Source: a virus
Taxonomy: Duplodnaviria; Caudoviricetes
Length of the DNA stretch: 62,720 bases
Direction: 5' to 3' (one strand)
IMG/VR virus record: IMGVR_UViG_3300037242_000251
Coordinates: 1-62,720 of that record
Shown here: piece by piece, positions 1-8,629 of the stretch
Position numbering within the stretch: position 1 is the stretch's first letter
How the letters are laid out: every line of letters starts with the position of its first letter
Notes under the pieces: model-generated
What the model was told of the DNA's origin: nothing
The model's input: the letters and a program-made list of their open reading frames with translations, nothing else
The model's database searches: none
Translations under genes and position numbers: made by a program

Positions 1-122
1 GAGCAGCGGGCGATGTGAAGTAAATTGGCCGCTGCCTCAGCCTTTGGCGGGCAGTCGTTTGCTCCGTCTTCGATTTGATCTAGACCGTTATTGACGTAGA
101 CTTGGCCGATTGCCCCCATATG
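1..122. repeat. Terminal direct repeat (copy 1), circular assembly overlap
   Basis: 1-122 is identical to 62599-62720; it lies inside a reading frame that continues across the junction. Confidence 0.95.
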
Positions 123-305
123 CTCACCACCGAAAATGTGTCGGCAGTTGCAGGAATGGTTGTCGTCTGCCAGATGCCCGGCCACCCACGGCCCCGGCGT
201 CACACCTTGCAGCCCGTCGCGTATCTCGCGGGCGATCCTGGTGGCCTCAGCGTCGTCTAGTGCGATCTGCTCTGCGGCGGTGTCGGTGGGGTTGTCGGTT
301 GCCAT
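1..305 (-). CDS. 5' part of Ead/Ea22-like protein spanning the origin (continues 62598-62361)
   Basis: ATG at 305 (MATDNPTDTAA...VTPGPW...) is in frame with ORF 62361..62717 through the overlap; TPGPW and ANLLHIARCSP resemble Ead/Ea22 motifs. Confidence 0.7.
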   Translation of the reverse strand, partial: MATDNPTDTAAEQIALDDAEATRIAREIRDGLQGVTPGPWVAGHLADDNHSCNCRHIFGGEHMGAIGQVYVNNGLDQIEDGANDCPPKAEAAANLLHIARC

Positions 306-307
306 TT

Positions 308-730
308 TCACTTCACCTTCCCTCTGCTCTTCAACCACGCCGCCTCGCGCTCTGCGACGCGCTTCTGCCAGACATCGGCCTTTTGTGAGAACGTGATAGC
401 CCAATATGGCCCGACCATCTCGCCGTCTGTGATGCTCCAGAAGCGGCGCAATTCGTGGACGGGCAGAGCGAAGGCCAGTGCCGCAGCGACGGCGCGCGGG
501 CCTTCGTGCTGGGGGCCGTGAAACTCGATCGTCGGCTCCGGGTAGGTGTGCCCCGGCCCTCCCTCGCACGACTGACAGGTCTCGATGCCCTGCGAGCGAA
601 GGATCTGGACGTAGTGCGCGATGCCGACGTCGAGCCCGGGCAGATCGAAAGCTTCAAGGCCGTCCAGCGACCCGATTGGCAGTTTGTTATGCGGGTCGGG
701 ACCCGCTCCCTTGGCTCTCTGGGTGCTCAT
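308..730 (-). CDS. Hypothetical phage protein (D-x-G-I...T-C-Q-S-C-E-G motif)
   Basis: 140 aa, GGAGAG SD, ATGA-coupled to the upstream mini-ORF. Confidence 0.75.
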   Translation of the reverse strand: MSTQRAKGAGPDPHNKLPIGSLDGLEAFDLPGLDVGIAHYVQILRSQGIETCQSCEGGPGHTYPEPTIEFHGPQHEGPRAVAAALAFALPVHELRRFWSITDGEMVGPYWAITFSQKADVWQKRVAEREAAWLKSRGKVK

Positions 731-832
731 CTCTTCTCTCCTGTCAAGGCGGTGTCGGGATTGGGCTTGGGGGTCATTGGCCGTATCGGCGAGCTATCTC
801 GCTCATCCCCGCTGCTGGTTCCCGACCCTCAT
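727..832 (-). other. Chain of three ATGA-coupled mini-ORFs (803-832 MRVGNQQRG, 774-806 MSEIARRYGQ, 727-777 MTPKPNPDTALTGEKR)
   Basis: Read by hand; four consecutive in-frame ATGA stop/start overlaps at 832, 806, 777 and 730. Confidence 0.55.
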
Positions 833-864
833 GCTTGCGCGCGGCTTTGGGGAATGGGGCGCCT

Positions 865-1119
865 CTATGCCGATGGCGACAGATCCGTCTCGATATCGTG
901 GAGGCCAACCACTTTCTTTGCCGCGGGCGCCGCGCTGGGCAGCGTTGGCTGTGGCTCGCCGTTCCACACCCGCAGGCGCTCGTCGATCCCCGCCATCAGC
1001 TTATCGCGTGACTTGCCGACCGCCACGCTGTAGACGCGCTGCGCCTCCTCGATCGCGTCGTTCTGGGCCTCCTGGGCCGCCATCAGCTCGGCGAGATGAG
1101 CGTCGATGATATCTTGCAT
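865..1119 (-). CDS. Hypothetical protein, first gene of the leftward operon
   Basis: GGAGG SD before ATG 1119; 84 aa, helical N-terminus. Confidence 0.7.
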   Translation of the reverse strand: MQDIIDAHLAELMAAQEAQNDAIEEAQRVYSVAVGKSRDKLMAGIDERLRVWNGEPQPTLPSAAPAAKKVVGLHDIETDLSPSA

Positions 1120-1136
1120 GTCGTCCTCCAAGGTGC

Positions 1137-1191
1137 TTGACATAACAATACGTATCGTTATAGCGTGCGCTTGTCAATAACAATCTGTTAT
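1137..1191. promoter_or_regulatory. Overlapping divergent sigma70-type promoters with operator ATAACA-N3-TGTTAT (1177-1191)
   Basis: TTGACA at 1137 (+) and 1177-1172 (-); AT-rich island; near-palindrome ATAACAATACGTATCGTTAT at 1142-1161. Confidence 0.7.
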
Positions 1192-1426
1192 GAGAATGAC
1201 GCAGAAGCCCTCCTTCGACTTCGCCAGGTTCCTCACCGACAAGTGGGGCGATCCTGACCGGCTACTCGCCTTCTTGCAGGCCTACGGTTACGCCGACGTG
1301 CCGCGCCCGACGATCAACCAGTGGTTCCGCCGCGGCAGCGTCCCCGCCGAGCACTTCGCCACCCTGGTGAGCCTGCTCAAGATCGAGACCGGCAAGGATG
1401 TCCCGATCGAGGAGTATCTGCGGTGA
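1190..1426 (+). CDS. Cro/YdaS-like HTH regulator
   Basis: 78 aa; pattern WG...L...TINQWFRRGSVP; first gene after the divergent promoter. Confidence 0.7.
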   Translation: MRMTQKPSFDFARFLTDKWGDPDRLLAFLQAYGYADVPRPTINQWFRRGSVPAEHFATLVSLLKIETGKDVPIEEYLR

Positions 1427-1830
1427 TCGAAATCCGCATGGACGGCCAACCGATCGGCAAGGGGCGGCCACGCTTCGTGCGCGCCACCGGGCGCACCTAC
1501 ACACCCGAGAAGACGGCCCGCTATGAGGACCGGCTGGCGTGGGCGGCGCAGGCCGTCATGGCGGGTCGGCCGCTGCTGACGGGGCCGCTCAACGTCACGG
1601 TCATCGCTTATATGGAGGTCCCGGCGAGCCGATCGAAGAAGTGGCGCACCGAGGCGTTGGTCGACGAGCACAAGCCGACCACCAAGCCGGATGCCGACAA
1701 CATAGCCAAGCTGCTGGATGCTCTAAATAAAATAGTCTGGGTTGATGACGCTCAAATTGTCGCACTTCTTATTTTCAAGAAATATTCGAGTCGACCCAGA
1801 ATCGAAATAGAAGTGACGCCGATCGCTTGA
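1423..1830 (+). CDS. rusA: RusA-family Holliday junction resolvase
   Basis: PIGKGRPRF, YTP, KPDADNIAK, DALN, DDAQIV motifs; GTGA overlap start. Confidence 0.9.
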   Translation: MIEIRMDGQPIGKGRPRFVRATGRTYTPEKTARYEDRLAWAAQAVMAGRPLLTGPLNVTVIAYMEVPASRSKKWRTEALVDEHKPTTKPDADNIAKLLDALNKIVWVDDAQIVALLIFKKYSSRPRIEIEVTPIA

Positions 1831-1856
1831 CACTCTATAACAAGCTGTTATTATAG
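1827..1856 (+). promoter_or_regulatory. sigma70 promoter with operator ATAACAAGCTGTTAT (1837-1851) in its spacer
   Basis: TTGACA 1827-1832 followed by TATTAT/TATAGC -10 candidates. Confidence 0.7.
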
Positions 1857-1887
1857 CCGGGCGAACCTGAGAATCGGAGAAACTGAG

Positions 1888-2100
1888 ATGCAGATACAGA
1901 AGCACTGGGCGGTCGGCGATAAACTTTTCGACAGCTACGCTGATGCGCGCATCTACATGGTGTCGCGACGCAGCGAACTGCAGCGCGATTTGCTTGTCTA
2001 CATCTTAGCTGAGAATATCGGCGCTTCTGCGGAAATTCCATTGGCGGACATCGCCGACGCGATCCTTGCCAAGTTCAAGATCACTCCGCGCAAGCCGTGA
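1888..2100 (+). CDS. Hypothetical protein
   Basis: 70 aa, GGAG SD, overlaps helicase start. Confidence 0.7.
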   Translation: MQIQKHWAVGDKLFDSYADARIYMVSRRSELQRDLLVYILAENIGASAEIPLADIADAILAKFKITPRKP

Positions 2101-3419
2101 CGCCGATGCCCACCCAGATTGTAGCGGCCGATTTCCTCGCGCGCCGACGCCGGGCGTTTCTGTGGGACGCCCCGCGCGTCGGCAAGACCGGCTCCGCGAT
2201 CATGGCGGCCGACTACGTCGGCGCTCGCTCGATCCTGGTCGTGACAACGGCCAGCGGCCGTGGCGTGTGGCGCAGAGCCTTTCCGGCCTGGCAGGCGACG
2301 CCGCGCCGCGTGCGGGTGCTGGGCAGCGACCCGGAAGGCTCGACCGATGTCGGTATCGTCTCCTGGGGCATGCTGGCTTCGCTGCCGCGGGCGATCGGCC
2401 AGCGACCCGATCTGATCATTCTCGACGAGGACCAGGAAGCGACCAATCCCGAGGCGCAGCGCTCGCAGCACATCTACGGGACACCAGTCGGCGACAAAAT
2501 GCTAACGGCGCGCGCCATCGTTCAACCCGCCGACCGGGTGTGGCACCTGTCGGGCAGCCCCTTCCCGCACGACCTCGGCAACGGCTGGATGCGGCTGCGC
2601 GCTTCGTTTCCCGATCTCCTCAAGGCCCAGAACGGCTGGCCGGACGTCACCCGCTTCGGCGATTTCCGCGAACGATACTGCAAGATGGGTCGCAAGAAGT
2701 TGCCGAACGGCGAACGCATTCCGGTGGTGCTGGGCGGGCGCAACGAAGCCGAGCTCAGAGAGAGGATCGCCGGCACGTTCCTGCGCAGAACACAGATCGA
2801 CGTCGGCATCCAGCCGCCGCGCTACGACACGCTGCCGCTGATCGTCTCGGACGCCGAGCGGGCGCGCTTTGCCCAGACACCCAACGAGGCGGCGATTCTC
2901 GCAGCCGCCGCAGCCGGCTCGACCTACGACCTCGAGATGGAGCTCGGCGCGCTGTGGCGCCAAACCGGCGTCGTCAAAGCGCGCGCGACTGTCGAGGCGG
3001 TGCGCGAGCAGATGCGCTGCGGGCTCGACAAGCTGGTTCTCGCCTATTGGCACCGCGATGTCGGCGACATTCTCGAAGAGGGGCTTAAGTCTTTCGGATT
3101 AGTCCGTCTGGACGGGAACACATCGCCGGCGGACCGGGAACAGTGCGAGCGTCGCTTTCGCGCGCCCTCGAACCGCATTTTTCTCGGTCAGATCAAGTCC
3201 GCCGGCGAGGCCATCGACCTGTCCGCCGCCGACGAGATGTGGCTGGTCGAGTACGCACTGAGCCCGCGCCTGATGGAACAGGTGTCGAAGCGCATCGTCA
3301 ACGTCGAGAAGAAGCGCAACTGCTTTGTGCGCGTGGTGACGATCGATCAAAGCGTGGACGACCGAATCGCCGAACGGCTCTTGGATTTGTGGAAGTCTAT
3401 CAACGAGGTGACGAGATGA
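2097..3419 (+). CDS. SNF2-like superfamily 2 helicase
   Basis: PRVGKT Walker A, IILDED Walker B, LSGSP motif III, GEAIDL motif V. Confidence 0.9.
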   Translation: MTPMPTQIVAADFLARRRRAFLWDAPRVGKTGSAIMAADYVGARSILVVTTASGRGVWRRAFPAWQATPRRVRVLGSDPEGSTDVGIVSWGMLASLPRAIGQRPDLIILDEDQEATNPEAQRSQHIYGTPVGDKMLTARAIVQPADRVWHLSGSPFPHDLGNGWMRLRASFPDLLKAQNGWPDVTRFGDFRERYCKMGRKKLPNGERIPVVLGGRNEAELRERIAGTFLRRTQIDVGIQPPRYDTLPLIVSDAERARFAQTPNEAAILAAAAAGSTYDLEMELGALWRQTGVVKARATVEAVREQMRCGLDKLVLAYWHRDVGDILEEGLKSFGLVRLDGNTSPADREQCERRFRAPSNRIFLGQIKSAGEAIDLSAADEMWLVEYALSPRLMEQVSKRIVNVEKKRNCFVRVVTIDQSVDDRIAERLLDLWKSINEVTR

Positions 3420-4348
3420 TCAAGATCGAAATTAGCTGCCTGCCGGAAGAAGTCGACGCGCATCTCAAGGCGCTCGGCTTGATGAAGAAAATCGCTGAGC
3501 GACAAATATCGGTTCAGTGGGCCGTCGTCGAGAAGCCGGAGACTGAACAGGAGGCGGTCGCAGAGGCCGAAAACCCTACCTCGTCAAATTCAGCCCCGGA
3601 GCAGCCGAGCGTGTCTGGCGACGCCTCTACCAAAGCCGCGGAACCTCAGCATGAAACAGCGCCCGGCGCAGTCGCGATGGACGGCGACCGCGAGCGCGGC
3701 AAGGCTGGTCCTGGTCATCGGCGCCGCACCAACGAGCAGATCAAGAGCGACGACGCCTATTTCGCTTCGCTACCCAAGAGCGAACCGCTTGCGCCCGGCT
3801 CCGAGGCTCCGCTGATCTCGACCGGCGAAGAGCGGCTGGACTCGCGCGACGCCGCTGACGAAGCGGCTGAGACTGCCGCGCGCAAGAGCGACAAGCCGAC
3901 GCGAGAGGACCTGCGAGCCGCTGTTGGGCGCTACACCGAAAAGTTCGGCCCCAAAGCGTCGATCGACAACATCCGCCAGATCATCGGCAAACCAATAATC
4001 GAAGTGACGGAAGACGAGATGGCGGCGGCGATCGCGCGAGTCGAGAAGGCAACGACCGAAGAGGTGCAGCCGATCAACCCCGAACCGGTCGAAGCGCCGC
4101 AGGCGACCAAGGCCGATGTCGTCGAGGCGATCAGGGCCTACGGCAAGAAATATGACGGCGAGTCGGACGATCCCAAGAAGATGCCCTTCACTCAGGAAGA
4201 CATGCCGAAAATCTTCGCTGCCGCGTTTGGCCCCGGCGTCGTCGGGCTGAAAACAGCGCCGCAGACGCCGGAGGGCCTCGGCAAGGCGCTCGCCGCCGTC
4301 AACGCCGCGGTGCGCGACAATCCGTTCAAGCGCGAGGCGAAAGGATGA
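3416..4348 (+). CDS. Acidic, largely low-complexity hypothetical protein
   Basis: ATGA-coupled 310 aa ORF with GAGG SD; RRRT..QI basic patch. Confidence 0.75.
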   Translation: MIKIEISCLPEEVDAHLKALGLMKKIAERQISVQWAVVEKPETEQEAVAEAENPTSSNSAPEQPSVSGDASTKAAEPQHETAPGAVAMDGDRERGKAGPGHRRRTNEQIKSDDAYFASLPKSEPLAPGSEAPLISTGEERLDSRDAADEAAETAARKSDKPTREDLRAAVGRYTEKFGPKASIDNIRQIIGKPIIEVTEDEMAAAIARVEKATTEEVQPINPEPVEAPQATKADVVEAIRAYGKKYDGESDDPKKMPFTQEDMPKIFAAAFGPGVVGLKTAPQTPEGLGKALAAVNAAVRDNPFKREAKG

Positions 4349-5631
4349 GCGAAGCGCACCACACCCGCGACCACGAAGAATGGTCAGCCTCGTCGACCGC
4401 CGCGAACTGGACCTGTTCGGGCCGCATCGCCATGTGCACGCTCGTCGGCGAAGAGAAGGAAAGCGAACACGCGGCGCGTGGCACCGCTGCTCACACTGTT
4501 GCGGAACGCTGTCTGCGGCAGAACGTCGAAGCCGTGGCGCTTCTCGGCGAGACGATTCAGACAAAGCAGCACGAGATCGAAATTGACCAGGAACTTGTCG
4601 ATTCGGCGCAGACGCATGTCGACTACGTCAAGTCGCTTTCGCGAGCGCCGGAAGACCGCACCTTCATCGAGCAGAAGTTTTCACTGGCGAAGCTCGATCC
4701 GCCGTTCGGCGCCGGCGGCACTTGCGACGCGATCGTCCTCCATGCCGACAGTCTCGAAGTGGTCGATCTCAAGAACGGCATGGGTGTTGTCAGCGTCAAC
4801 GAGAACAAGCAGCTTCGCACTTATGCGCTATGCGCGCTGCTGAACACGCCAGACGCAAGCGGTGTCAAGACGGTCATTTCGACGATCGTCCAACCGCGCG
4901 CGCCGCACAAGGACGGCCGCATTCGCTCCGAGACCTATCATGTTGCCGACCTGATCGACTGGACCGTCGATCTGCTGGCGCGCATGAAGCGGTCCAAGCA
5001 GGCGTTGACCGAGTTCGAGGCGCTTGGCGGCAGCCGTGTCAAGTTCGACGAATGGGCAGAGACATGGCTGCAGACTGGCGCCTGTACCTTCTGCCCCGCA
5101 ATGGGCATCTGCCCCAAGCAGCGCAAGGAGGCGCTGTCGATCATGGGCGACACCGCGCAGAAGTGGTTCGAGGAGCCGACGAGCGAAGAGCCACTAGCCA
5201 TCGGCAACGCGCCGTCGATCGCTTCGCCGGAAGAACTGGCGCACTGGCTTGACGGCTTGAAGGCGCTGGAAGAATGGATCAAGGCGGTGCGCGGCTATGC
5301 GCACTCGGCGGCCGAGCGCGGCGTTGAGATTCCCGATTGGGTGATCGTCGATAAGATAGGCAACCGCGCGTACATCGAGAAAGACGAAGCGAAGCTGGCG
5401 GCGCTAATCAAGGCCAAGCTGGCGCTGACCGACGATCAGATATTCGAGCGTTCAGTGCGCTCGGTAGCGCAGCTTGAGAAAGTGCTCGGCGCCAAGCGTA
5501 AAGCAGAACTTACAGCACTCGAAAAAGTGCTGTGGGAGAAGCCCGTCAAGGGAACCAACCTTGTGCGGGTTGACAAAACCACCCGACCGGCGGCGAAGGG
5601 CCTGACCGAGCGGCATCACGAAGAACTGTGA
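4345..5631 (+). CDS. DUF2800-type Cas4-like PD-(D/E)XK exonuclease
   Basis: A.RGTAAH, GTCD, VVDLKNG, QLRTYA, CTFCP...C motifs; usual position before SSB and PolA. Confidence 0.85.
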   Translation: MSEAHHTRDHEEWSASSTAANWTCSGRIAMCTLVGEEKESEHAARGTAAHTVAERCLRQNVEAVALLGETIQTKQHEIEIDQELVDSAQTHVDYVKSLSRAPEDRTFIEQKFSLAKLDPPFGAGGTCDAIVLHADSLEVVDLKNGMGVVSVNENKQLRTYALCALLNTPDASGVKTVISTIVQPRAPHKDGRIRSETYHVADLIDWTVDLLARMKRSKQALTEFEALGGSRVKFDEWAETWLQTGACTFCPAMGICPKQRKEALSIMGDTAQKWFEEPTSEEPLAIGNAPSIASPEELAHWLDGLKALEEWIKAVRGYAHSAAERGVEIPDWVIVDKIGNRAYIEKDEAKLAALIKAKLALTDDQIFERSVRSVAQLEKVLGAKRKAELTALEKVLWEKPVKGTNLVRVDKTTRPAAKGLTERHHEEL

Positions 5632-5647
5632 AACGGAGAAACTGAAA

Positions 5648-6301
5648 ATGGCTAGTAGCGAAGAAATCAAAACGCCTCTGTGCCGCCTCTCATACGCTCG
5701 TGACCTGTTCACGGCGCGCGCCGCCGACGAGAAGTATCCCGACAAGAACCTCAAGTTTGGCTGCACCCTCATATTTCAAAAAACTGACACGGCGGCGCGC
5801 GCCATGTTGGAGAAGTTGGCCGCCGACACGATCGTCGCCGAATGGGGTCCTAAGGGTCTCGAACGGGCGAAGATGAAGCTGATCAAGACCCCGTTCTTTG
5901 CCGGTGACGGCCCTGAAGCCCGCTACAAGAAAGGCGAGCGAGTCGGCGAACTCAACCCGGGCATGGGCCCGGACGTATGGTTCATCCGCGTCAGCGCCCA
6001 GGCCAACCGGCCTCCGGCGGTGTGGTGGAAAAACCACAACGTGCAGGAGACTGAGAAAACGGTCTACAGCGGCTGTTACGGTAAGGCGGTCGTCAACGCC
6101 TTCACGTCCGACCACGCGACCGGCGGCCAGCGGGTGTCGTTTGGCATTTCCGGCTTTCAAAAACACGCCGAAGGTGAACGACTCGGCGGCAGCCCCGGCG
6201 ACATCGACAAGGAGAAGTGGTCCGAGACAATCGCCGACGAGGGCGAGGCGCCTGCCGAAACGAGAACCGGCGCCGGACCAGGTGGTTTGTTCGGCGAATA
6301 A
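5648..6301 (+). CDS. DUF2815 ssDNA-binding protein
   Basis: RLSY..LF, PFFAGD, VYSGCYG, VSFGI..FQK..EGERLGG motifs; acidic tail. Confidence 0.85.
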   Translation: MASSEEIKTPLCRLSYARDLFTARAADEKYPDKNLKFGCTLIFQKTDTAARAMLEKLAADTIVAEWGPKGLERAKMKLIKTPFFAGDGPEARYKKGERVGELNPGMGPDVWFIRVSAQANRPPAVWWKNHNVQETEKTVYSGCYGKAVVNAFTSDHATGGQRVSFGISGFQKHAEGERLGGSPGDIDKEKWSETIADEGEAPAETRTGAGPGGLFGE

Positions 6302-6312
6302 GGAGAGACGCT

Positions 6313-6516
6313 ATGGCCGACTTCTGTAAGCAATGCTCGATCGCCGAGTTCGGTGAAGATTTCGGCGACATGGCGAACATTACGACCGCAGAGGACGAAG
6401 CGCAGAATCGCTACGCGCTCGTCCTCTGCGAGGGCTGCGGACCCACGCAAGTCGACCGTGAGGGTCGCTGCGTCTCCCCGGACTGTCACGAAAAACACGG
6501 AGCCAAAGATGTCTGA
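6313..6516 (+). CDS. Small Cys-rich (Zn-binding) phage protein
   Basis: MADFCKQCS...LCEGCG...CVSPDC; AGGAG SD. Confidence 0.75.
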   Translation: MADFCKQCSIAEFGEDFGDMANITTAEDEAQNRYALVLCEGCGPTQVDREGRCVSPDCHEKHGAKDV

Positions 6517-6790
6517 ACTGACAAAGATCACCGGCGGCAAAGTCACATTCGGCCTGACGCTCTCACCGAAGCAGTACGAGTCGAAGAGGGCGGACGTTGA
6601 ACTGACGTTCACCATTGGCGAAGGCGATTCTTACGACGAGGTGTTCGACAAAGCGTCGCGCGCCGTTGTCAATCGTGTGCGACAGCTGGTCGACTTGCCA
6701 AAGCTGCCGGAGCCTGCTGCGAAACTAGCAGAGAAGACTGAACCACCGAAGACTGATCCATCGAAGCCGACAAGTCTGTTCGGTGACTGA
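6509..6790 (+). CDS. Hypothetical protein
   Basis: 93 aa, GGAG SD, QYES..V motif, ends SLFGD. Confidence 0.7.
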   Translation: MSELTKITGGKVTFGLTLSPKQYESKRADVELTFTIGEGDSYDEVFDKASRAVVNRVRQLVDLPKLPEPAAKLAEKTEPPKTDPSKPTSLFGD

Positions 6791-6791
6791 T

Positions 6792-6861
6792 TTCCGGCGC
6801 CGGGTAAAAGCGTAGCCGGAACGGCGGTCGCGTCGCGTTTCCTCCCCGCGGCGCGACTGCC
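6792..6861 (+). ncRNA. Two-hairpin intergenic RNA element with UUUCCUCCC loop
   Basis: Stem 6792-6798/6815-6821 and 15-bp stem 6823-6837/6847-6861 (two G-U pairs) with anti-SD loop. Confidence 0.5.
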
Positions 6862-6880
6862 ACCAACTCAAGAGGGCGAA

Positions 6881-7084
6881 ATGGCGAAGCAACTCGTCGA
6901 TCTGAAACTGTTCGTGTGTCGCGATGTCGACACCGATCTGGCGATCCTGGTGCGGCTTGACGAGGACGCGAAGAAGGTCTGGCTGCCGCGCAGCGAGATC
7001 GAAGTCGAGTACGAACGCGGCAGCATGAACATCGCAACGGTGACGATGCCGGTCTGGCTCGCCGAAGAGAAGGAACTCGTCTGA
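6881..7084 (+). CDS. Hypothetical protein (VWLPRSEIE / TMPVWLAEEKEL family)
   Basis: 67 aa with SD, coupled to next gene. Confidence 0.75.
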   Translation: MAKQLVDLKLFVCRDVDTDLAILVRLDEDAKKVWLPRSEIEVEYERGSMNIATVTMPVWLAEEKELV

Positions 7085-7359
7085 TGCCGAAGCAAGAAGC
7101 AGCCAAGCACGATCCGACGCATCTCGGCAACGCCGAGAGCGGCCATCTGCGCGCTTTCATTGAGCGGGTGGAGCGAATGAACGAGGAAATCAAAGCGCTC
7201 TCGGACGATCGGAAAGACATTTTCGCCGAGGCGAAGGGCCACGGATTCGACGTCAAGCAGATGCGCCGCGTCATCAAGATACGCTCTCAGGACCGGGAGA
7301 AATGGGAAGAGGAAGAGCAGATTCTCGATCTCTACCTCAGCGCGCTCGGTCTCCTATGA
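7084..7359 (+). CDS. gapR: GapR-like (DUF2312) DNA-binding protein
   Basis: LRAFIERVERM.EE...D.KDIFAEAKG.GFD.K.MR..I..R...LDLY..ALG. Confidence 0.9.
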   Translation: MPKQEAAKHDPTHLGNAESGHLRAFIERVERMNEEIKALSDDRKDIFAEAKGHGFDVKQMRRVIKIRSQDREKWEEEEQILDLYLSALGLL

Positions 7360-7583
7360 CAGCCGTGGCGCACTGGACCACCGAGGAAGACGTCGAACTG
7401 ATGCGCCACGTCGATCCAACGTGGCCGAACGGCGCCTTTGTCGCGCGACTGAAGCGACCGGCCAGCGTCGTCGCCGAGATCATGACACGGAAGTTCGGAC
7501 GCCGTATCACGAAGAACGCGGTGATCTCACGCAAGAATCGGCTGCGCCGGCCAGCACAAGGAGGACCGCGTGGAGATCAGTAG
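7356..7583 (+). CDS. GcrA-like N-terminal HTH protein
   Basis: WT.E...L ... AS..A ... ITKNAVISR..RL matches the GcrA DNA-binding domain. Confidence 0.7.
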   Translation: MTAVAHWTTEEDVELMRHVDPTWPNGAFVARLKRPASVVAEIMTRKFGRRITKNAVISRKNRLRRPAQGGPRGDQ

Positions 7584-7899
7584 CTTCAATCATCTGTTCG
7601 CCGAGGCGCAAGAGCGCAGCATCCATCTCGACACGCTGCATCAGAACGCCGGCGGCGAGTTCGTCGCGGCGTGGCGCGCCACGCGCCCGCACCGGCTCGG
7701 CCCGAGCATCGCACACCAGCGGCCATTCGACGCGGCGCGCGACGCCTTCGTGGCGCTACTTGACGAGCCGAAAACGTTCAACGGCATACCTATAATTCTT
7801 GATTCATCCATTGGGCCAAACACGGTCGAGATCAAGGAGCCGCGCCATACTGTAGTGGTCACGAACATCGCTGGTTCTGAGGAGGGCTTGTTCGGATGA
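7570..7899 (+). CDS. Hypothetical protein
   Basis: 109 aa, GGAGG SD, ends GLFG. Confidence 0.65.
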   Translation: MEISSFNHLFAEAQERSIHLDTLHQNAGGEFVAAWRATRPHRLGPSIAHQRPFDAARDAFVALLDEPKTFNGIPIILDSSIGPNTVEIKEPRHTVVVTNIAGSEEGLFG

Positions 7900-8153
7900 G
7901 CAGACCTCGTATCTACCGCTACGTCCGCGGCGGCGAGCCGCGCTTCGTCCCACTCCGGCCGGCGATCCGCATCAGCGACGACGATCTGACGGCGCTCAGG
8001 CTCGCGCACCCCGGCTCGACCGGCCACCCGCGCGGCCTGCCGAGACGCTGCGGCGTCAAGACCGGGCTGAGGGCGATCGCCGCGATCCTGGGATGCAGCG
8101 AGCACGTGGTGCGCTATCGGCTGCGAAAGATCGCCGAGCGGGAGGAATCATGA
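7896..8153 (+). CDS. Small basic protein with C-terminal HTH
   Basis: LRAIAAILGCSEHVVRYRL; ATGA-coupled at both ends. Confidence 0.6.
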   Translation: MSRPRIYRYVRGGEPRFVPLRPAIRISDDDLTALRLAHPGSTGHPRGLPRRCGVKTGLRAIAAILGCSEHVVRYRLRKIAEREES

Positions 8154-8629
8154 GCGAATGGGAGACAATCGGAAAATCCGACGACTGGCGCTCGCCGAAA
8201 TATATTTTTAACGCGATGAATGTCGTTTTCTGGCTCGACGTTGCCGGCATTCAAGGAACATTTGGTAACGTTCCGTGTCAGCACGCGCTGCTACAAGATA
8301 GTCTCGAAGCGGAATGGGGTGGCTTCGTCTGGATGAACCCACCGTTCGGCGGTCGCAACGCGATCCGGCCGTGGTTAGAGAAGTTCTTCGCTCACGGCAA
8401 CGGCGTGGCGCTCATGCCTGACCGCACGTCGGCGCCATGGTTCCAATGGGCGGCGCGACGCGCCGACGCGGTGCTGTTTCTGTCGCCGAAGGTGAAGTTT
8501 GAGCGACCCGACGGGACAATCGGTAAGTCGCCCGGCAGCGGCACGGCACTGATGGCGGCGGGATCGGAGGGTGTTCAAGCACTCGTCAACGCAAAGAAAC
8601 TCGGTTGGTTGGTGAAATCCTATGGCTGA
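8150..8629 (+). CDS. Phage Dam-like DNA N6-adenine methyltransferase
   Basis: DDW.SP, LDVA, VWMNPPF, DRTSAPWF motifs. Confidence 0.85.
   Translation: MSEWETIGKSDDWRSPKYIFNAMNVVFWLDVAGIQGTFGNVPCQHALLQDSLEAEWGGFVWMNPPFGGRNAIRPWLEKFFAHGNGVALMPDRTSAPWFQWAARRADAVLFLSPKVKFERPDGTIGKSPGSGTALMAAGSEGVQALVNAKKLGWLVKSYG

Noticed and set aside
1-122. 122-bp terminal repeat as a biological phage terminus
   Set aside because: It falls inside a continuous reading frame, so it is most simply an assembly overlap of a circular contig
829-867. TAG readthrough or genome-wide stop-codon recoding
   Set aside because: Other TAG codons end genes at sensible positions and no suppressor tRNA was seen; a local mutation is more likely
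4345-5631. Cas4-like nuclease as evidence of a CRISPR system
   Set aside because: No other cas genes or repeat-spacer array; DUF2800-SSB-PolA is a standard phage replication cluster
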